A stretch of DNA of 62,830 bases, counting the filler, from an uncultured Synergistales bacterium (lineage in GTDB: Bacteria; Synergistota; Synergistia; Synergistales; Aminobacteriaceae), in the NCBI GenBank assembly GCA_937897575.1. It is 7 parts of 7 records of this genome, joined end to end, with 100 filler letters (N's around TTAATTAATTAA, not from the genome) between each part and the next. Parts side by side here need not be neighbours in the genome. Positions count along the whole stretch, not along the records: positions 56,622 to 62,830 come from CALCQG010000046.1; 6 more parts are not named here. The stretch is one strand, 5' to 3'. Below are positions 60,397 through 62,830 of this stretch, piece by piece. The position numbers and the translations under genes were made by a program. Position 1 is the first letter of the stretch. Each line of letters starts with the position of its first letter. The notes below the pieces were generated by a model that saw only the letters and a program-made list of their open reading frames with translations, was not told the origin of the DNA and did not search any database.

Positions 60397-61064
60397 TATT
60401 GACCGAGGCCTCCTTCACTATTTTTCTGAAAAGAAATTTCCCTCTGCCGCGTTGACGAATGTGCCCCTGAGTGCCACCTCCTTCGCCGGGGCGAGATACA
60501 TGACGGAAATGTCCCCATTATACTCGCATTCTTCATAAAAAACGCCGGGACGGCCCTTCATCGCCGAACTCGGAGGACAGTATGGCAATCGGTGCCGGTG
60601 CGCGGCGACGCTTTGGACGTCCAGGAGAGCGCGCGGGTTTGGCGTCGGAGAGGAGGGCACGCTGCGGTGGTGCAGAAGGAGAGGGAGGAGACGACATGGA
60701 GGACTCCCCGGCCCGACTGCCCATCGTAGGGAATATCTGCACAGGGCGCCTGCGAACAGACCGGCGGACGGACCACCATCTGCGGGGGCGGTGTCGGGCT
60801 GTCCCGGGTATCGTGCTGCAGATCGCGACGGCCTACGCCAATGGGGTGGGGGCATCACAAGAGTGTTCAAGGCGTTTGGTGTGGATGTCCAAAGGGGGGA
60901 AATTTCCGGGAATGGGCCCGCCGCGTGCGAAGGGCATGAAGGAGAAGTATGCGGCCACGCGCAGGCCGTTCGACCAAGAGGCAAGCAGGGTCCGAAAGGG
61001 GTTTCGGATCACTGTTTGGGCGCCCGTCAGAGCGTCTCTGCGAGCATGGTGGCATGGGCGATAT

Positions 61065-61233
61065 CAAGCTTCGACACCAGGCTTCGACCTCAAGCTTCGA
61101 CCTCAAGCTTCGACCTCAAGCTTCGACCTCAAGCTTAGACCCCAAGCTTAGACCTCAAGCTTAGACCTCAAGCTTAGACCTCAAGCTTAGACCTCAAGTT
61201 TCGACAACAAACTTCGCTCCCAAGCTTCGGCCC
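61065..61233. repeat. Tandem repeat, 13 copies of 13 bp, CAAGCTT(C/A)GACCT
   Basis: Directly readable head-to-tail units, degenerate at both ends. Confidence 0.95.
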
Positions 61234-61267
61234 CTCTTTTGCGCGCTCGTCGGGCGCCGAAATATTT

Positions 61268-61308
61268 TAATGCAATCGCTTGCATTATTTTTTTTCCTGT
61301 GCTATCCT
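61268..61308 (+). promoter_or_regulatory. pyrR promoter with overlapping palindromic operator
   Basis: TAATGCAA-TCGC-TTGCATTA palindrome; TTGCAT-N17-TATCCT with TG extension. Confidence 0.55.
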
Positions 61309-61339
61309 CGCCGTAGTTGCGGAAGGGGAGGGGTGCACT

Positions 61340-61456
61340 ATGGGGTTTGAGGTCGGCATGTCCTGCGGAACCTCCGCGCTGTTTCGGGAATCAGAGGGGG
61401 CCTTTCTCCATTGGGACGAGGGGCTCTTTTTTTATGGAAAGGGGATGGAACAGTGA
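61340..61456 (+). promoter_or_regulatory. pyr leader: 38-codon uORF crossing a terminator hairpin (about 61398-61433)
   Basis: GGAGGGG RBS, ATG 61340, hairpin GGGCCTTTC...GAGGGGCTC + T7, TGA overlapping pyrR GTG. Confidence 0.5.
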
Positions 61457-62043
61457 AAAAGATGCCGGAGCGGATATGGACCGAAAAGGCCACGGTCATG
61501 ACGGGGGACGACATGGAGCGCGCCCTGCGCCGGATCGCCGTGGAGATCGTGGAGCGGAACAAGGGGTTGGAGAAGGTGGTGCTTCTGGGGATTCAGCGCC
61601 GGGGGGTTCACCTCGCGGCGCGGCTGCGGGATCTGCTGAAGGAGAGCGAGAAGACGAAGGTCCCGACGGGGGAGCTCGACATCACGCTCTACCGGGACGA
61701 CATCTCCACCCTCTCGGACCAGCCGGTGGTGCACAGCACCTCCATCCCCTGCGACATCACGGGGAAGAGGGTGGTCCTGGTGGACGACGTCCTCTTCACC
61801 GGCCGGACGGTCCGGGCGGCTCTGGACGCAGTCACGGACTTCGGGCGGCCCGAGTCCGTCCAGCTCGCCGTGCTGGTGGACCGGGGGCATCGTGAACTGC
61901 CCATCGCGGCGGACTACGTGGGGAAGAGCGTGCCCACGTCGCGGAGGGAGAACGTGGAGGTCCGGGTCGCGGCCCTCGACGGCGAGGACAAGGTGGTCAT
62001 CTGCGTGCTGAACGGAGGGGCGAGGGATGGACTGGAGGCATAA
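61453..62043 (+). CDS. pyrR: Pyrimidine operon attenuation protein / UPRTase
   Basis: [45 protein letters not shown]. Confidence 0.95.
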   Translation: MKKMPERIWTEKATVMTGDDMERALRRIAVEIVERNKGLEKVVLLGIQRRGVHLAARLRDLLKESEKTKVPTGELDITLYRDDISTLSDQPVVHSTSIPCDITGKRVVLVDDVLFTGRTVRAALDAVTDFGRPESVQLAVLVDRGHRELPIAADYVGKSVPTSRRENVEVRVAALDGEDKVVICVLNGGARDGLEA

Positions 62044-62830
62044 GGACCTCATCAGCCTCGAGGGGTGGACGCGGGAGGAGCTGCTCTTCTTCCTCGAACA
62101 GGCGGACTACATGGACGAGCTCATGAACCGCCCCATCAAGAAGGTCCCCGCACTGCGGGGCAAGATGGTGGTGAACTTCTTCTACGAGAATTCGACGCGC
62201 ACGCGTGTGTCCTTCGAACTGGCCGAGAAGATGCTCTCCGCCGACGTGGTGAACTGGTCGGCTTCGGGGTCGAGCGTCAGCAAGGGCGAGACGCTCCGGG
62301 ACACGGCCTGGACCCTCGAGGCCATGGGGGCCGACGCCGTAGTGGTCCGCCACTCCTCCGTGGGCGTGCCGGACTATCTCGCCAGGAAGCTGAAGAAGGC
62401 CTCGGTGTTCAACGCCGGGGACGGCACGAACGGGCACCCCACCCAGGCACTGCTCGACCTGCACTCCGCCTGGAAGCGGTTCGGCAGCCTTCAGGGCGCC
62501 AGGATGGTCATCGTGGGCGACGTGGCGCACAGCCGGGTGGCCCGGTCGGACATCCAGGCCTTCAGGAAGATGGGGGCGACGGTGCTGCTCTCGGGCCCGG
62601 CCACCCTCATGCCCGAGAACCTGGAGTCCCTGGGGGCCGAGTATGTCCCCGACGTGCGCGAGGCCGCGAAGGGCGCCGACATCCTCTACTTCCTCCGCAT
62701 CCAGAGGGAGCGCCAGGAGGACGGGCTCATCCCCTCCGTCGACGAGTACCACAGGCGGTGGGGCGGGACGGAGGACGTCCTGGCCCTCGCGTCTCCGAAG
62801 GTTCTGGTGATGCACCCCGGCCCCATCAAC
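62027..62830 (+). CDS. pyrB: Aspartate carbamoyltransferase catalytic subunit, runs off window
   Basis: Manual translation from ATG 62027: [53 protein letters not shown]. Confidence 0.95.
   Translation, partial: MDWRHKDLISLEGWTREELLFFLEQADYMDELMNRPIKKVPALRGKMVVNFFYENSTRTRVSFELAEKMLSADVVNWSASGSSVSKGETLRDTAWTLEAMGADAVVVRHSSVGVPDYLARKLKKASVFNAGDGTNGHPTQALLDLHSAWKRFGSLQGARMVIVGDVAHSRVARSDIQAFRKMGATVLLSGPATLMPENLESLGAEYVPDVREAAKGADILYFLRIQRERQEDGLIPSVDEYHRRWGGTEDVLALASPKVLVMHPGPIN

Noticed and set aside
60420..61060. ORFs and a TGGCAC sigma54-like site in the dctP-pyrR intergenic region
   Set aside because: No recognisable protein motifs; -24/-12 spacing is wrong.
61065..61233. Repeat array as CRISPR
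   Set aside because: Units are head-to-tail with no unique spacers, only 13 bp long, and no cas genes are nearby.

Overview
High-GC bacterial genomic DNA made of seven contigs joined by artificial N/TTAATTAATTAA linkers, so adjacency across gaps means nothing. Gene content suggests an anaerobic, diderm amino-acid fermenter, probably Synergistota (inference). Most of it is housekeeping: msbA-lpxK-kdsA; rubrerythrin; mprF-mgtA-sulP-corC; the rimP-nusA-infB-rbfA-truB-ribF operon with tRNA-Val; gyrA; thiamine salvage genes with two TPP riboswitches; queA; AOR; gap; a TRAP transporter with a DUF1537 kinase; and pyrR-pyrB. The best candidate for a new system is at 25143-25432. It is a promoter, a 27-aa leader peptide with four consecutive Tyr codons (MRRTGTAFVAAAYYYYRTEPFARRSEL), and mutually exclusive antiterminator and terminator hairpins, upstream of a tyrosine phenol-lyase-like gene. 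The geometry predicts an inverted, tyrosine-inducible ribosomal attenuator for a catabolic gene. Other notable items: a RuvC-lobe-only TnpB derivative with its own promoter and attenuator-like leader; an AT-rich 1414-aa NACHT/HEAT/PD-(D/E)xK putative defence gene beside decayed thiM/thiE; an orphan Zn-ribbon protein ending in a beta-clamp-like motif; an in-frame amber codon in a secreted phosphoesterase; a 13x13-bp tandem repeat; and a PyrL-like uORF attenuator before pyrR.
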